The notes beneath the pieces were generated by a model that was not told where the DNA came from, made no database searches, and worked only from the letters and a program-made list of their open reading frames with translations. From Methanobacteriota archaeon (GTDB lineage Archaea; Thermoplasmatota; E2; DHVEG-1), in assembly GCA_963769885.1 (NCBI GenBank), contig CAVYNH010000005.1:119144-183143 (forward strand): 64,000 nucleotides of DNA, read 5' to 3'. Position 1 is the stretch's first letter. The number at the start of each line of letters is the position of its first letter. Made by a program: the position numbers and the translations under genes. Shown one piece after another: positions 1-9,774 of the stretch.

Positions 1-319
1 AGGGTCGGTGTGGGCGAGGAGGCAGAGGTTGGCGCGGCCTTGGAGGCCGACGCCGAAGAGGCGGTCGTCTCTGGTGTGGTCGCGGATGGCGCGCAGCTCG
101 CGGATGACCTGCTGTTGCTGGGCGTTGGTGCGGGTGGTGTAGATGAGGCGTTTCTTGTGGGCGAGGGCGTACTGGATGCAGGCGCTGAGGGTGCAGATGG
201 TTTTACCTGAGCCGGTGCCGGATTCGAAGATGAAAGGCTGCCGCTGGGTGAGGGACGCGGTGATGGCGTCCATGATGTCGCGCTGGTACGGGCGTAGGTT
301 CGTACGGGAAAAAATCCAT
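1..319 (-). CDS. xpd: XPD/Rad3-family Fe-S DNA helicase, 5' part (runs off the window; apparent +1 frameshift at ~295)
   Basis: Not in the ORF track. Manual translation gives MDFFPYEP/[extra base]/RPYQRDIMDAITASLTQRQPFIFESGTGSGKTICTLSAC...IYTTRTNAQQQQVIRELR...LQGRANLC, i.e. Q motif, Walker A, motif Ia and the first Fe-S Cys. Confidence 0.88.
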
Positions 320-416
320 CCTTGCAGGGGTGAATCCAGTGTGTATTCATGAAGGTTTGGAAAAAGTGTGCGGGGAGAGGGGGTTTTATAGGGGAGGATG
401 GGTTTGTCGGAGATGA

Positions 417-1256
417 ATGCGGAGGACGCCGTATGATGAGATTGTGGCCGTTCTTGCGCCGCGGCTGGGCGCACGCTGTGCGTTGTTGCCGCGGAAGTGG
501 GAGAAGGTCGGCGACGTCCTGATTATTCGGTTTCCTGCGGAGCTTTCGGGGGAATGTGAGACGATTTGCAGGTCGTATGCTGAGATCTTGGGTTGTGCAT
601 CGGTTTTGAATGACGTCGGCGGGATTTCTGGCCAGCATCGAGTTCCGCAAGTTCGCCATCTCTGGGGGCGGCATGAGACTGTGACCGTCCATCAGGAGAA
701 CGGGGTGCGGTACAAATTGGATCCAGCGGTGGTGATGTTTTCATCGGGGAACATGGCGGAACGAACCCGGATGGGACAGGTCGTCAAGTCTGGCGAGACG
801 ATTGTGGACTTGTTCGCTGGCATCGGGTACTTCACGCTGCCGATGGCGGTCTCGAGGAAGCCCGTGCGGGTGTACGCCTGCGAGATCAACCATGTTGCGT
901 TCGGGTTTTTGAATCAGAACATCGTCTTGAATCATGTCACCGAGGTGGTTGTGCCGTTACTGGGAGACAACCACGTAGTGGCGCCGAAGGGGGTCGCTGA
1001 CCGGGTCGTGCTTGGGTATCTGCAGGAGACCGCGCAATATTTCCCCACGGCCGTCGAGTGCCTGCGAGGCCATCAGGGGCTGGTGCACTACCATGAGGCG
1101 GTGCCGACGGAGCTGTGCCCGGATCGCCCACTTAAGGAGTTAGAGAAGAGTGCCAAGCGGTACAACAGACGTGTCCAGCTGCTCTCTTGGAAAGAGATCA
1201 AAACCTATGCCCCCGGGGTCTCGCATGTGGTCCTCGACGTGGAGGTGACGCGGTAG
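417..1256 (+). CDS. taw2: tRNA wyosine-derivative biosynthesis aminocarboxypropyltransferase (Taw2/TYW2, Met-10-like class I SAM protein)
   Basis: HQENG..Y.LD...MFS.GN..ER motif, DLFAGIGYF SAM-binding motif, ADRVVLG, IKTYAPG. Confidence 0.85.
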   Translation: MRRTPYDEIVAVLAPRLGARCALLPRKWEKVGDVLIIRFPAELSGECETICRSYAEILGCASVLNDVGGISGQHRVPQVRHLWGRHETVTVHQENGVRYKLDPAVVMFSSGNMAERTRMGQVVKSGETIVDLFAGIGYFTLPMAVSRKPVRVYACEINHVAFGFLNQNIVLNHVTEVVVPLLGDNHVVAPKGVADRVVLGYLQETAQYFPTAVECLRGHQGLVHYHEAVPTELCPDRPLKELEKSAKRYNRRVQLLSWKEIKTYAPGVSHVVLDVEVTR

Positions 1257-1777
1257 TGGCCGGCGTCCGGTTGGTCGTGGTGCACTGTGCGGAGGATGAC
1301 CCGCGGAAGTGCACGGCGCGGAAGATGCAGCGGTTCGGCCTGACGGCGCTGGTCCCCAGCGTCCGGCAGGTGCCCCATGAGGCAGTGCTGCTCAGCCCGT
1401 TTTCTAAGAAGAGCCTGTCGGCGGAGGATGCGGCGGCGGTACGGCGGTTCGGGCTGGTGGCGATCGACTGCTCCTGGAAGACCGCGGAAGAGTCGTTCGG
1501 CAAGTTGGAGGCGAGGAACCCATCGCGGGCGCTGCCGTTCCTGGTGGCGGCAAACCCGGTGAATTACGGGAAGCCGTTCCAGTTGACGACCCTGGAGGCT
1601 TTCGCCGCCGCGCTGTACATCATCGGAGACATCCCAGGGGCGGAGCGCCTCGTTTCGTTGTATAAGTGGGCGCCGCATTTCCTGGTTTTGAACCGGGAGC
1701 CGCTGGAGGCGTACCGGCGGGCTCGGACGAGCGCAGAGGTCGTCGCAGCGATGCAGGAGTTCCTTCCGGAGCAATGA
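1256..1777 (+). CDS. tsr3: rRNA aminocarboxypropyltransferase Tsr3 (DUF367)
   Basis: DDPRKCT, DCSW, RALPFLVAANPVNYGKP..L..LEA motifs. Start moved to the GTG overlapping the taw2 stop. Confidence 0.92.
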   Translation: MAGVRLVVVHCAEDDPRKCTARKMQRFGLTALVPSVRQVPHEAVLLSPFSKKSLSAEDAAAVRRFGLVAIDCSWKTAEESFGKLEARNPSRALPFLVAANPVNYGKPFQLTTLEAFAAALYIIGDIPGAERLVSLYKWAPHFLVLNREPLEAYRRARTSAEVVAAMQEFLPEQ

Positions 1778-1852
1778 GAGAAAGGCAGTCTACCCTTTTG
1801 CCCATTTTCCCAAGAGAACCTAAATACAGGGTAAAGCATGCCTTGTACTACA

Positions 1853-2050
1853 ATGGGCAAACTATTGGGAAAACCCAGACCATTAGACAGCAGAAACCGC
1901 GTGACACTCCCACCAGAGGTCCTCAGCCTGCTGAAGCTCAAGGCCAACGACGAGGTGTTCTTCCAGATCGAGAACGGGAAGATCACGATGGGTAAGGCCC
2001 TCGTCCGCTACGAGCTCATCGACGAGATACTCGCCGACAAGAAGAAATAA
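1853..2050 (+). CDS. AbrB/MazE/SpoVT-family DNA-binding protein
   Basis: LDSRNRVTLPPEVLSLLKLKANDEVFF swapped-hairpin signature. Confidence 0.8.
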   Translation: MGKLLGKPRPLDSRNRVTLPPEVLSLLKLKANDEVFFQIENGKITMGKALVRYELIDEILADKKK

Positions 2051-2054
2051 GTAC

Positions 2055-2285
2055 TCAGAGGCCCAGTTCACGGCTCATCTGCTGCATCCGCTCGTTCTTC
2101 ACGTACCATAGTACGGTCTTCGTCTGATCGATCACATCAGTCAGGCTCTTCCCTTCGTCCCGGCTCCGCTGCAGCATCACGATGCCGTACTCGAGATAGT
2201 TCTCCAGCACCGCCCGTCGGTGTCGTTCCAGCTTCGGGTCCACTTCCCGGATGTCCAGGATCCCGTAGGTCTCATTCGCTTGCAC
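2055..2285 (-). CDS. small hypothetical protein
   Basis: 76-aa ORF with coding-like composition; GGAGG upstream of the GTG start. Confidence 0.55.
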   Translation of the reverse strand: MQANETYGILDIREVDPKLERHRRAVLENYLEYGIVMLQRSRDEGKSLTDVIDQTKTVLWYVKNERMQQMSRELGL

Positions 2286-2482
2286 GGCTCATATCCCTCC
2301 AAGCCTGACTATCCCATCGAAAATAGATAAAACGGTACGCCCGGGTTTTCCAGCAAAACCACAAAAAAACCGCAAAACCCACTCGTTTGTCGACCTTCCC
2401 CGAGCAGGAAGTCCACCTACTTTACGCAAACGGGAGATAAAAAAAGAAAAAACAAAAAAGAGGGGAGAGGATAGAAGACCCT

Positions 2483-4792
2483 CTAGCGCAACCTAAGGAT
2501 GAACGGCCCGAGCAGGAACCCGCTCGCTGACTTGTAGGCGTCACCGATGTGCGCATTCACGGTCAGCGGGCCGAACCCGACGAGCAATCCGGTCGTCACC
2601 GTCGTCTCATTGCCAGGGCCAAGCGCGGGAATCATCCCGCTCATCCCCTTCATGATGAGCATGAGTGTGGCTTGTGGGTTCACGGTCCAGGTGATGTTGG
2701 TCAGATCAGCGTCAATCATGTTCTTGACCGTGATCTTGAGCTTTATGCCTCCTGTGAACGCCGTGATGTTAATCTTGGGCATATCGTTGATTGTAATCTG
2801 GAGCGGATCCGACCACGCGCTACTGGACCCATTGACATCCTTCGCCATGACCTTGACGTTATAGGTCCCGTACACCGGCCAGGCATGGGATGCGGACACT
2901 GTCTCGCCCGTGTCATAGGGTCCGATGAAGTCACTGGTGTTCCCATCGCCCCAGTCGAACTTCATGAGGATCTGCTGGCCCTCGGGGTCCGAGGGAACCG
3001 TGGCCGAATACGTGTAGGTGACGAACGTGACTCCTTCCGTCGGCCCGGTCGGGGCGTCCGGCGTGTTCGGCGGCAGGTTCGGGTTCGGCGTATCCCGCCA
3101 GACAACCGCGGAGGGGTCCCCGAGCAGGTTGTACTCCTCATAGTAGTATTTCGACATCCCACCGCCGCTGTAGTAGGTGTAGACCTCGTGCAAGCCGTAG
3201 TTGGTCATGCCGCAGATGAACTCGATGTTTTCCACAAACCAGCCCTTGTACATCCCTCGCTCCAAGATATCGTCCTCGTCCCAGTAAGAGTAGTCGGTCG
3301 CGCCCCAGAAGGCGAATCCACCCTTATGAGGGGCACGAGTCCAGGTCTCCCCGAAGCACTCCCCTACTGTGAACTGGTTGGTCAGGCAGGCGTGGCTGGC
3401 GACAAACGAATACATGCCGTCGTTCGTCAGGCTGTTGACGTTACTTTGGCTGAAGGCCGGCCCGCCCCATGACGTCTCAGACCCATGACCGGTGTAACAG
3501 ACGATCCCCCGGCCGGCATTCACCGACGCCAGGACCTGCGCGGTCCCTGCCCCATAGGTATGAGCATAGAGCTTATCAGAGGTGAACCCAGCAGGGTCGA
3601 GATAGGTGGAAATAACGAAATTCTGCGTCCCCTCAGCTAGACTCCAATAGGTTCCATCATCCGAAGCCGTCATCGCCGCCTTCTTAATCCAATCAGTCGA
3701 CGGGAAGTCGCCCGTCTCGTAGTACACCGTCTTGTCGACTATCGTGGTCACCTGCGCTTCCGTCGACGCCGAGAATCGGCCGATGAAGACATCAGGGAAA
3801 TAATCAGACCCAACCAATGTCGTATAATAGAGATCCGTGCACGTCCCGGTTTCCGTACCGGTATAGGTGGGAATCTGCGGCGAATCCCCGACCAGCAGAA
3901 CATAGGTGGGGGGTACCGGCCAGGTGGTATACGCCGTATTGATGTACGCCTTGATGTTCTCCTTTGTGACCCCGCCTGGGATCTGCGACGTCTTCGTCAC
4001 CGTCACGCCATAACCCTGGGTGGTCTTCAAGTCGGCGAACGGCTGGATCTCCTCCACGAACGAGTCGTAGACGATGATGAGGTACCCCTCAGTCTGCCGG
4101 GCCGGAACGCCCTGTTCAAGGGTCCCATAGTTGTCAAAGAAGTTCTGATCAAAGGTATCGAAGGATGGCGAGCAGTACCGCGTAAGGACCGCCCGGGTTT
4201 GGTCCATATCGCTGCCCGGCAGATTGACCGAAATCGAGCAACTGGTCAACAGCCGCACCTCACCGGTCACCGGGTTGTACTGGACCGGGGTGACCTCCAC
4301 CATCACGGCCCGGTGCCCGCGGACTTCGCCGATGACCTGCGCCGAGGCGATGGCCGAGGGTTGGAAACCGTCAGCCGCATACGCCGCCGGGTTCATGGTA
4401 AACTCCGCCGTGGCCCCCGGCAGCTTCACCACTGACGACTGGACCGGGACGACAAGGACTGGGACGCCCTCGGCGGCAAGCGATGTCTGCGTCCAGACCG
4501 CATCCGTAACCGTCACGACCGGCTGCGCCCCAATCGGAATCTCAAAAATGTAGGTAATCATCGGTAGCTTGGGGTCACCGCGCACCACCGTATACCCCGT
4601 CGCCGTGGACGCCTCGATCGTGGCGAACGCCCCCTCCGAGAGCTGTACGCTGCCGAAGGTATACACAGGCTGGTCCACCGTGATGCGGATGCTTGGCTCT
4701 GATACAGGTCGTGCGACCACCGCGGTCGTGCCCGTCAGCAGCAGTATCAGGATGCAGCAAACGAGCTTAGAAAATCCAGATTCACTACTCAT
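2483..4792 (-). CDS. secreted C25 (gingipain-like) cysteine peptidase with propeptide, PKD domain and C-terminal beta domain
   Basis: Signal peptide; propeptide region; YVLLVGD, DLYY, IGRF; catalytic His in YTGHGS and Cys in SHACLT; YNLLGDP; PKD motif FDWGDG. Confidence 0.9.
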   Translation of the reverse strand: MSSESGFSKLVCCILILLLTGTTAVVARPVSEPSIRITVDQPVYTFGSVQLSEGAFATIEASTATGYTVVRGDPKLPMITYIFEIPIGAQPVVTVTDAVWTQTSLAAEGVPVLVVPVQSSVVKLPGATAEFTMNPAAYAADGFQPSAIASAQVIGEVRGHRAVMVEVTPVQYNPVTGEVRLLTSCSISVNLPGSDMDQTRAVLTRYCSPSFDTFDQNFFDNYGTLEQGVPARQTEGYLIIVYDSFVEEIQPFADLKTTQGYGVTVTKTSQIPGGVTKENIKAYINTAYTTWPVPPTYVLLVGDSPQIPTYTGTETGTCTDLYYTTLVGSDYFPDVFIGRFSASTEAQVTTIVDKTVYYETGDFPSTDWIKKAAMTASDDGTYWSLAEGTQNFVISTYLDPAGFTSDKLYAHTYGAGTAQVLASVNAGRGIVCYTGHGSETSWGGPAFSQSNVNSLTNDGMYSFVASHACLTNQFTVGECFGETWTRAPHKGGFAFWGATDYSYWDEDDILERGMYKGWFVENIEFICGMTNYGLHEVYTYYSGGGMSKYYYEEYNLLGDPSAVVWRDTPNPNLPPNTPDAPTGPTEGVTFVTYTYSATVPSDPEGQQILMKFDWGDGNTSDFIGPYDTGETVSASHAWPVYGTYNVKVMAKDVNGSSSAWSDPLQITINDMPKINITAFTGGIKLKITVKNMIDADLTNITWTVNPQATLMLIMKGMSGMIPALGPGNETTVTTGLLVGFGPLTVNAHIGDAYKSASGFLLGPFILRLR

Positions 4793-5246
4793 TAATATCA
4801 ACCCTAGGTATTATAATATAAAGGAGAGCTTTTTATACATATCGCCCTGCCTGACGTAGGCATGGCACAGGGAAAGGCACCGTTCCGACCTTATCCACCT
4901 TAAAAGGAGAGGAAAAACCCTAGAATCCCTTCGGCGACGCCATCCCCAGCGCCACCCTGAAGCCCGCCGGCGGACGCACCAACGCCTCTTTTACGAGCCG
5001 CGTCAGCACCCGGCTCTCAACGACCGGGCCATCAACCCACAAATATCGAAGATGAAGCCGAACCACCGTGATCCCTACTAAGAAACTCATTGTCAAGCCC
5101 ACACACCCGTACACCGATAAACACCCCCCCGGGAGCTGAAAAAAGCGTAACGCACGAACGATTCCAACACAATCCAACACCCCCTTCACTCACTAGATTT
5201 AAGTAACGGAAAACGAATGCATGCCCCCTACCCGGGGACAACGCCC

Positions 5247-6650
5247 ATGACCCAAGACCTCACCACCTTCTTCCAGCCACGCAGCATCGCCGTCGTCGGC
5301 GCCTCCAAAAACCCCACCAAAATCGGCCACGCCTCCCTCAAAAACATTCTCATCTCCGACTACGCCTGCAAACTCTACCCCGTCAACCCCAACGAAAACG
5401 AAATCCTCGGCATGAAATGCTACAAAACTGTCCTCGACATCCCAGGCACCATCGACCTCGTCATCATCGCCGTCCCCGCCCCCATCGTTCCCCGCATCCT
5501 CAAAGACTGCGTGAAAAAAAAGGTCGCCTGGGTCATCATCATCTCCTCAGGATTCAGCGAAATCGGCAACCACCAAGAAGAAGACGAACTCAAACAGATC
5601 ATCGCCGGCAGCACCACCCGTATCCTCGGCCCCAACACCATGGGCTATAAAAACGCCTCCGCCGGCATCGACGCCTCCTTCGTCTTCGGCATGCCCCGCA
5701 AAGGCAACCTCGGCCTCATCAGCCAGAGCGGTGCCCTCGGCATGGGCATGATCTACCTCGCCAACAACGAATACGTCGGCCTCTCCAAAATCATCGGCGT
5801 CGGCAACAAAATCGACATCGACGACGACAACCTCATCACCTACATGGCCCACGACCCCGAAACCGAGGTCATCGGCCTCTACATCGAAGGCATCAAGCAC
5901 GGCAGAGACTTCATGGCTAGCATCAAGGCCTGCGACAAACCCGTCCTCGTCGTCAAAGCCGGCAGGGGCAAGGCCGGCGCCCGCGCCACCGCCTCACACA
6001 CCGGTTCCATGGCCGGCAGTGACGAAATCTACAGCGCAGCCATCACCCAAGCCGGCGGCATCCGCTGCCGCGACCTCGTCGAGCTCTTCGACATGGCACG
6101 AGCGCTCGCAGGCCAGCCACCCGCCCGCGGGAACCGCATCGGGATCATCACCAACGGCGGCGGACTCGGAATCCTCCTAACCGACGCCTGCGAAGCAAAC
6201 GGCCTGGTCGTCCCCCCGCTCTCAAAGCAAACCTACGATCGGATGCGCAAGATTCTACCTTCACTAGTCACCCCGAACAACCCAATCGACCTCGTCGCCG
6301 ATGCAGGGTTCTACCGCTATTGGTCGTCCTCGCTTGCGTTGCTGCAAGACCCGAACATCGACGGGATTATCGTCGCGTCCGTTCACGCCGGGTACGCCAG
6401 ACCCAGGGAATACACGGGCGCGATCCAGAAGATGATCTTCCAGCAGAAGCTGCATCATGAATATCAAAAACCAATCCTGGGCTGTTGGGTTGGCGGCCGG
6501 GAGTTTGAGGACCTCGTCCAGGACCTCAAGGCGGTCGGCGTCCCGATCTATCCATCCTCCTGGCGGGCAGCACGGGCGATGTACGCGCTGGTGAAAGAAG
6601 GCGAGCGGAAAGCGAGAAAGAGCCGGCCGAAGAAAAAGAAACCCTGCTAA
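5247..6650 (+). CDS. acdA: acetate/acyl-CoA ligase (ADP-forming), alpha subunit
   Basis: PRSIAVVGAS, YPVNP, LGPN, ISQSGA, phospho-His in ASHTGS, TNGGG, NPIDL. Confidence 0.88.
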   Translation: MTQDLTTFFQPRSIAVVGASKNPTKIGHASLKNILISDYACKLYPVNPNENEILGMKCYKTVLDIPGTIDLVIIAVPAPIVPRILKDCVKKKVAWVIIISSGFSEIGNHQEEDELKQIIAGSTTRILGPNTMGYKNASAGIDASFVFGMPRKGNLGLISQSGALGMGMIYLANNEYVGLSKIIGVGNKIDIDDDNLITYMAHDPETEVIGLYIEGIKHGRDFMASIKACDKPVLVVKAGRGKAGARATASHTGSMAGSDEIYSAAITQAGGIRCRDLVELFDMARALAGQPPARGNRIGIITNGGGLGILLTDACEANGLVVPPLSKQTYDRMRKILPSLVTPNNPIDLVADAGFYRYWSSSLALLQDPNIDGIIVASVHAGYARPREYTGAIQKMIFQQKLHHEYQKPILGCWVGGREFEDLVQDLKAVGVPIYPSSWRAARAMYALVKEGERKARKSRPKKKKPC

Positions 6651-6958
6651 TCCACCCAGTCGACCCCGAGAATCGACTTCCAGTCAGTTTTTTTGTTCTT
6701 CCATCGCTCGACGGTTTCCTTGGAGAGGCAGTTCTGGCAGAGTCCAATGATGGTGAAGTAACAGGAGGGGCAGGTGGGTTTGCCGCATTTGATGCAGATG
6801 GCGGTAGCCTCGTTGGTGTCACAGACATGACATTTGCCGGTTGGCGGCTGGTTTTTGAGGACGGTGTTAATCTTGGCAGCGATCTTCCCTTGGTCTTTCT
6901 TGGAGATCCACTGCTTAAGGGCATCGTTCATCGTCGCGGTATCTGTCTCCTTCGTCAC
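6647..6958 (-). CDS. small zinc-finger protein with four CxxC pairs
   Basis: CHVC...CIKC...CPSC...CQNC. Confidence 0.75.
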   Translation of the reverse strand: MTKETDTATMNDALKQWISKKDQGKIAAKINTVLKNQPPTGKCHVCDTNEATAICIKCGKPTCPSCYFTIIGLCQNCLSKETVERWKNKKTDWKSILGVDWVD

Positions 6959-7010
6959 CAGGTATCGCCTGTTCCTTCCGTGCGTATAGTGAAAATCTTG
7001 GTTGGTTTGA

Positions 7011-7607
7011 TTAATGTTGTGTCGGCTGCCGGTGCGCCCTTCTCCAGAGGAGGTTTGCGGAGATGTGGATGAAGGGGGTGAGGACGATGAGAATGAGAAG
7101 GTGCCAGATGGTCAGGGTGTCGAGGAACCAGTTGACAGCGGTAGCGCCTGAGAGTTGGAGGATCGTGCTTGCGAGGAGGCTGAAGAGGAGTGCGCCGAGG
7201 AGGAAGTCAAATTGGTCGAAGGGGATCCAGTCGGCACCGCGGGCGATGTTGCAGCGGCGTTTGAAGAAGCTTTCGATGATGTCTCCGAGGAGGGCGCCGA
7301 AGCAGAGGGAGAACAGGATGGGGATCATGAGGGGGAATCCCTCGAAGTTGGTGAGGCTGAGGAAGGCGTAATCGCTGGTGTGGAGGTAGGTGGCGGCGAC
7401 GGCGCAGCCGAAGCCGGCAATCATGCCCAGGAGCGTGCCGACGATGAGACCGTTCCAGGTTTTTCCGTCGCCGAGGATGCGTCGACCGTCGTGCCAGGTG
7501 CGGCCGGCGTCGATAGGTCGTCCGCCGCCGACGAGGACGGCGGTGGCGTTGGCGGTGTAGACGGGGATGATGATCCAAAAGGCTTGGGCCAGGACGGTGG
7601 GGTCCAT
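7011..7607 (-). CDS. carS: CDP-archaeol synthase
   Basis: PVYTAN, PID.G...DGRRILGDGKTWNG, GD...SFFKRR, DQFDF. Confidence 0.92.
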   Translation of the reverse strand: MDPTVLAQAFWIIIPVYTANATAVLVGGGRPIDAGRTWHDGRRILGDGKTWNGLIVGTLLGMIAGFGCAVAATYLHTSDYAFLSLTNFEGFPLMIPILFSLCFGALLGDIIESFFKRRCNIARGADWIPFDQFDFLLGALLFSLLASTILQLSGATAVNWFLDTLTIWHLLILIVLTPFIHISANLLWRRAHRQPTQH

Positions 7608-7631
7608 GGCTTGTGCGAATCCCCTAGTGTT

Positions 7632-8159
7632 TTAAAAGGCCTTTGCCGCGGCGGTGAGGGGGGTGCGGGTGATTTTAAGGCCGGTGTATTGGAAGCGGCT
7701 TGAGCGTTTGACGAGGGCTTTGAGAGCGGTGTTGGAGATATGGAAGTTCTCGGAGACCTTGTTGGCGAAGGTGCCACTATCTCCGATGAAGTCGTAGATC
7801 TTCTCTTCGAGGTTTTCGAAGGATTGGTCGTCAAGGGAGGAGATGTTGAAAATCTCGCTGATCTCATTGACGGGGCAGGAGATGTTGATGTTGAAGAGGG
7901 AGTAGAAGGAGCGGTACATTTTTTGGGGTTTGCCGTTGACGCCTTCTTCCGGGGTGGTCCATTTGGTTTCGGCGAGCTTCATTTTTTCGAAGAATTCCAA
8001 GGCGTCGTGTCCCTCGTCGCCGAAGCGGGTGAGGATCATGCTGGAGGGGATCCAGTCCTTGGAGATTTCCATGAAGACCTCTTTTTTGACTGGAGAGTCG
8101 AAGGCGCGAATGATAGTTACGAGGTCGGTGGAATCGTTAATCACCTTGGTGCGAATCAT
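7632..8159 (-). CDS. archaeal ArsR-like winged-helix transcriptional regulator
   Basis: RTKVIND..DLV, L.FFEKMKL.ETKW..P...KPQK.Y pattern of a conserved euryarchaeal family (recognised from memory). Confidence 0.7.
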   Translation of the reverse strand: MIRTKVINDSTDLVTIIRAFDSPVKKEVFMEISKDWIPSSMILTRFGDEGHDALEFFEKMKLAETKWTTPEEGVNGKPQKMYRSFYSLFNINISCPVNEISEIFNISSLDDQSFENLEEKIYDFIGDSGTFANKVSENFHISNTALKALVKRSSRFQYTGLKITRTPLTAAAKAF

Positions 8160-8339
8160 AGTCCGTCATCTTTTTATAAGAGCCGCCATGAATCGACTTG
8201 TTACCTATTTAAATTTTTTCAATACAACGGTAAACAGAGAATATTTATATATAATAAAAAAAATTTTACCTGGAAGGGGCTCCTCTCCGGCATGATGCAA
8301 CAGGCATCCTCCATCGACAACCAATCAGAAAAACACAGA

Positions 8340-8411
8340 TGGACTCGTCGGGATTTGAACCCGAGGCCTCCCGCATGCCAAGCGGGCGATCTTCCGCTGA
8401 TCTACGAGCCC
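8340..8411 (-). tRNA. tRNA-Ala(GGC)
   Basis: GGGCTCGTAGATCAGCGGAAGATCGCCCGCTTGGCATGCGGGAGGCCTCGGGTTCAAATCCCGACGAGTCCA folds as a cloverleaf with anticodon GGC. Confidence 0.97.
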
Positions 8412-8570
8412 TTCAAGAGAGACCTACAACACCGAAGGGCAAATAAAAGTTACTGGTGAAAAAAAACAAAAACAGAAAATCACGGCGCATCCACCCGACA
8501 ACCGCCATACAAAAAAAACGGCACCCAGCCTTTAATACCGAGCACCCCGATACCGTCGGACACTGATCCC

Positions 8571-9191
8571 GTGAACATCAAGAAAAAAGACCTTGAAATC
8601 TCCCTCCAACAAGTCCCACCACCACCAACCCCGAACCCGCGCCTCGAACAGTACACCACCCCTGCCCCCATCGCCGCGGACATCATCTTCACCGCGTACC
8701 AACTCGGAGACATCCAAGAACGGTCGGTCCTCGACCTCGGCTGCGGCACCGGCCTCTTCGCGGTCGGCGCCGCACTCGCCGGCGCAAAGGACATCGTCGG
8801 CATCGACATCGACCCCACCCTCATCGCCATCGCCAAAGCCTTCAGCACCCGCCATCACCTCAGAATCACGTACCACGTCCAAGACATCAAGACCATCACC
8901 CAAAACGTGGACACCGTCCTCATGAACCCCCCGTTCGGCGCCCAGAAAGCGAACCAGGGCGCCGACCGCCGCTTCCTCGAAAAAGCCACCCAGATCGCCC
9001 CCGTCACCTACTCCCTGCACCTCACCAAGACCCTACCGTTCCTCCACACCCTTATCACGGCCCTCCACGCCGACATCACCCTCGAACGCCCCTACCAATT
9101 CCCCATCCCCGCACAATTCACCTTCCACACCAAACTTAAAGCCACCCAGGACGTCACCCTCCTCCGCATCGTGACACACCATTCAAAGTAA
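8571..9191 (+). CDS. METTL5-family RNA m6A methyltransferase
   Basis: LEQYTTP, DLGCGTG, NPPFG, D..FL, F.FH motifs. Confidence 0.9.
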   Translation: MNIKKKDLEISLQQVPPPPTPNPRLEQYTTPAPIAADIIFTAYQLGDIQERSVLDLGCGTGLFAVGAALAGAKDIVGIDIDPTLIAIAKAFSTRHHLRITYHVQDIKTITQNVDTVLMNPPFGAQKANQGADRRFLEKATQIAPVTYSLHLTKTLPFLHTLITALHADITLERPYQFPIPAQFTFHTKLKATQDVTLLRIVTHHSK

Positions 9192-9258
9192 CCCGAGAAA
9201 ACCCGTCATCCCCTTACTAGAAGTTTTATTAACCCCGACTTATTCTCGGTAACCTAAA

Positions 9259-9326
9259 TCGGAGGCAGACCCACTCGGGAGAAAGAACCCGAAAGGCTAA
9301 TAACGAAGTACAGTATCTGCTTTCGA
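9259..9326 (+). promoter_or_regulatory. candidate structured 5' leader of the rpl15-secY operon
   Basis: 11-bp stem TCGGAGGCAGA/TCTGCTTTCGA enclosing TCGGG/CCCGA; TATA-like TTTTATTA at ~9223. Confidence 0.4.
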
Positions 9327-9364
9327 CTCAACCAGTCAAGCACAAGAAAGGGATAGTGATCACT

Positions 9365-9763
9365 GTGGCACGGACTAGAACCAAACGATTCCGAGGCTCC
9401 ATGACCCATGGCAAGGGCAAAAAGGGCGGCCGCGGCGCCGGTCTCAGAGGAGGCCGAGGCAACGCCGGCCTGCACAAGCACCGCTTCCTCGAGATGCTGA
9501 AATACGACCCCGACCACTTCGGCGTCCACGGGTTCACCCGAGAGCCAAGCCTCGTCAAACGCGACAAAATCATCAACGTCGGCGACATCGAAGAACGATA
9601 CCCCGGCAAAAAACACGTCAACCTCACCGACGAAGGCTACGACAAGCTCCTCGGAGCAGGCCACATCGCTAACGCCTACACGATCACCGTCAAATCCGCT
9701 TCTCCCAAGGCAGTCGAAAAGATCGCGGCCAAAGGCGGAGAAGTCCAACTCCCCAAAGAGTAA
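9365..9763 (+). CDS. rpl15: 50S ribosomal protein uL15
   Basis: RGS.THG.G....RGAG.RGGRGNAG, GYDKLLG.G, A.EKI...GGEV. Confidence 0.96.
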   Translation: MARTRTKRFRGSMTHGKGKKGGRGAGLRGGRGNAGLHKHRFLEMLKYDPDHFGVHGFTREPSLVKRDKIINVGDIEERYPGKKHVNLTDEGYDKLLGAGHIANAYTITVKSASPKAVEKIAAKGGEVQLPKE

Positions 9764-9774
9764 GGTAATCCACT

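Noticed and set aside
1853-2285. AbrB gene plus small gene as a toxin-antitoxin pair
   Set aside because: The genes are convergent and the partner has no PIN, MazF or RelE features
2350-2385. CAAAACC-A-run-CCG motif resembling the reverse complement of 39141-39170 near skew switch points
   Set aside because: Low complexity and only two instances; not supportable without a motif search
4920-5189. Possible small minus-strand ORF or ncRNA between the C25 peptidase and acdA
   Set aside because: No recognisable motif, RBS or convincing fold
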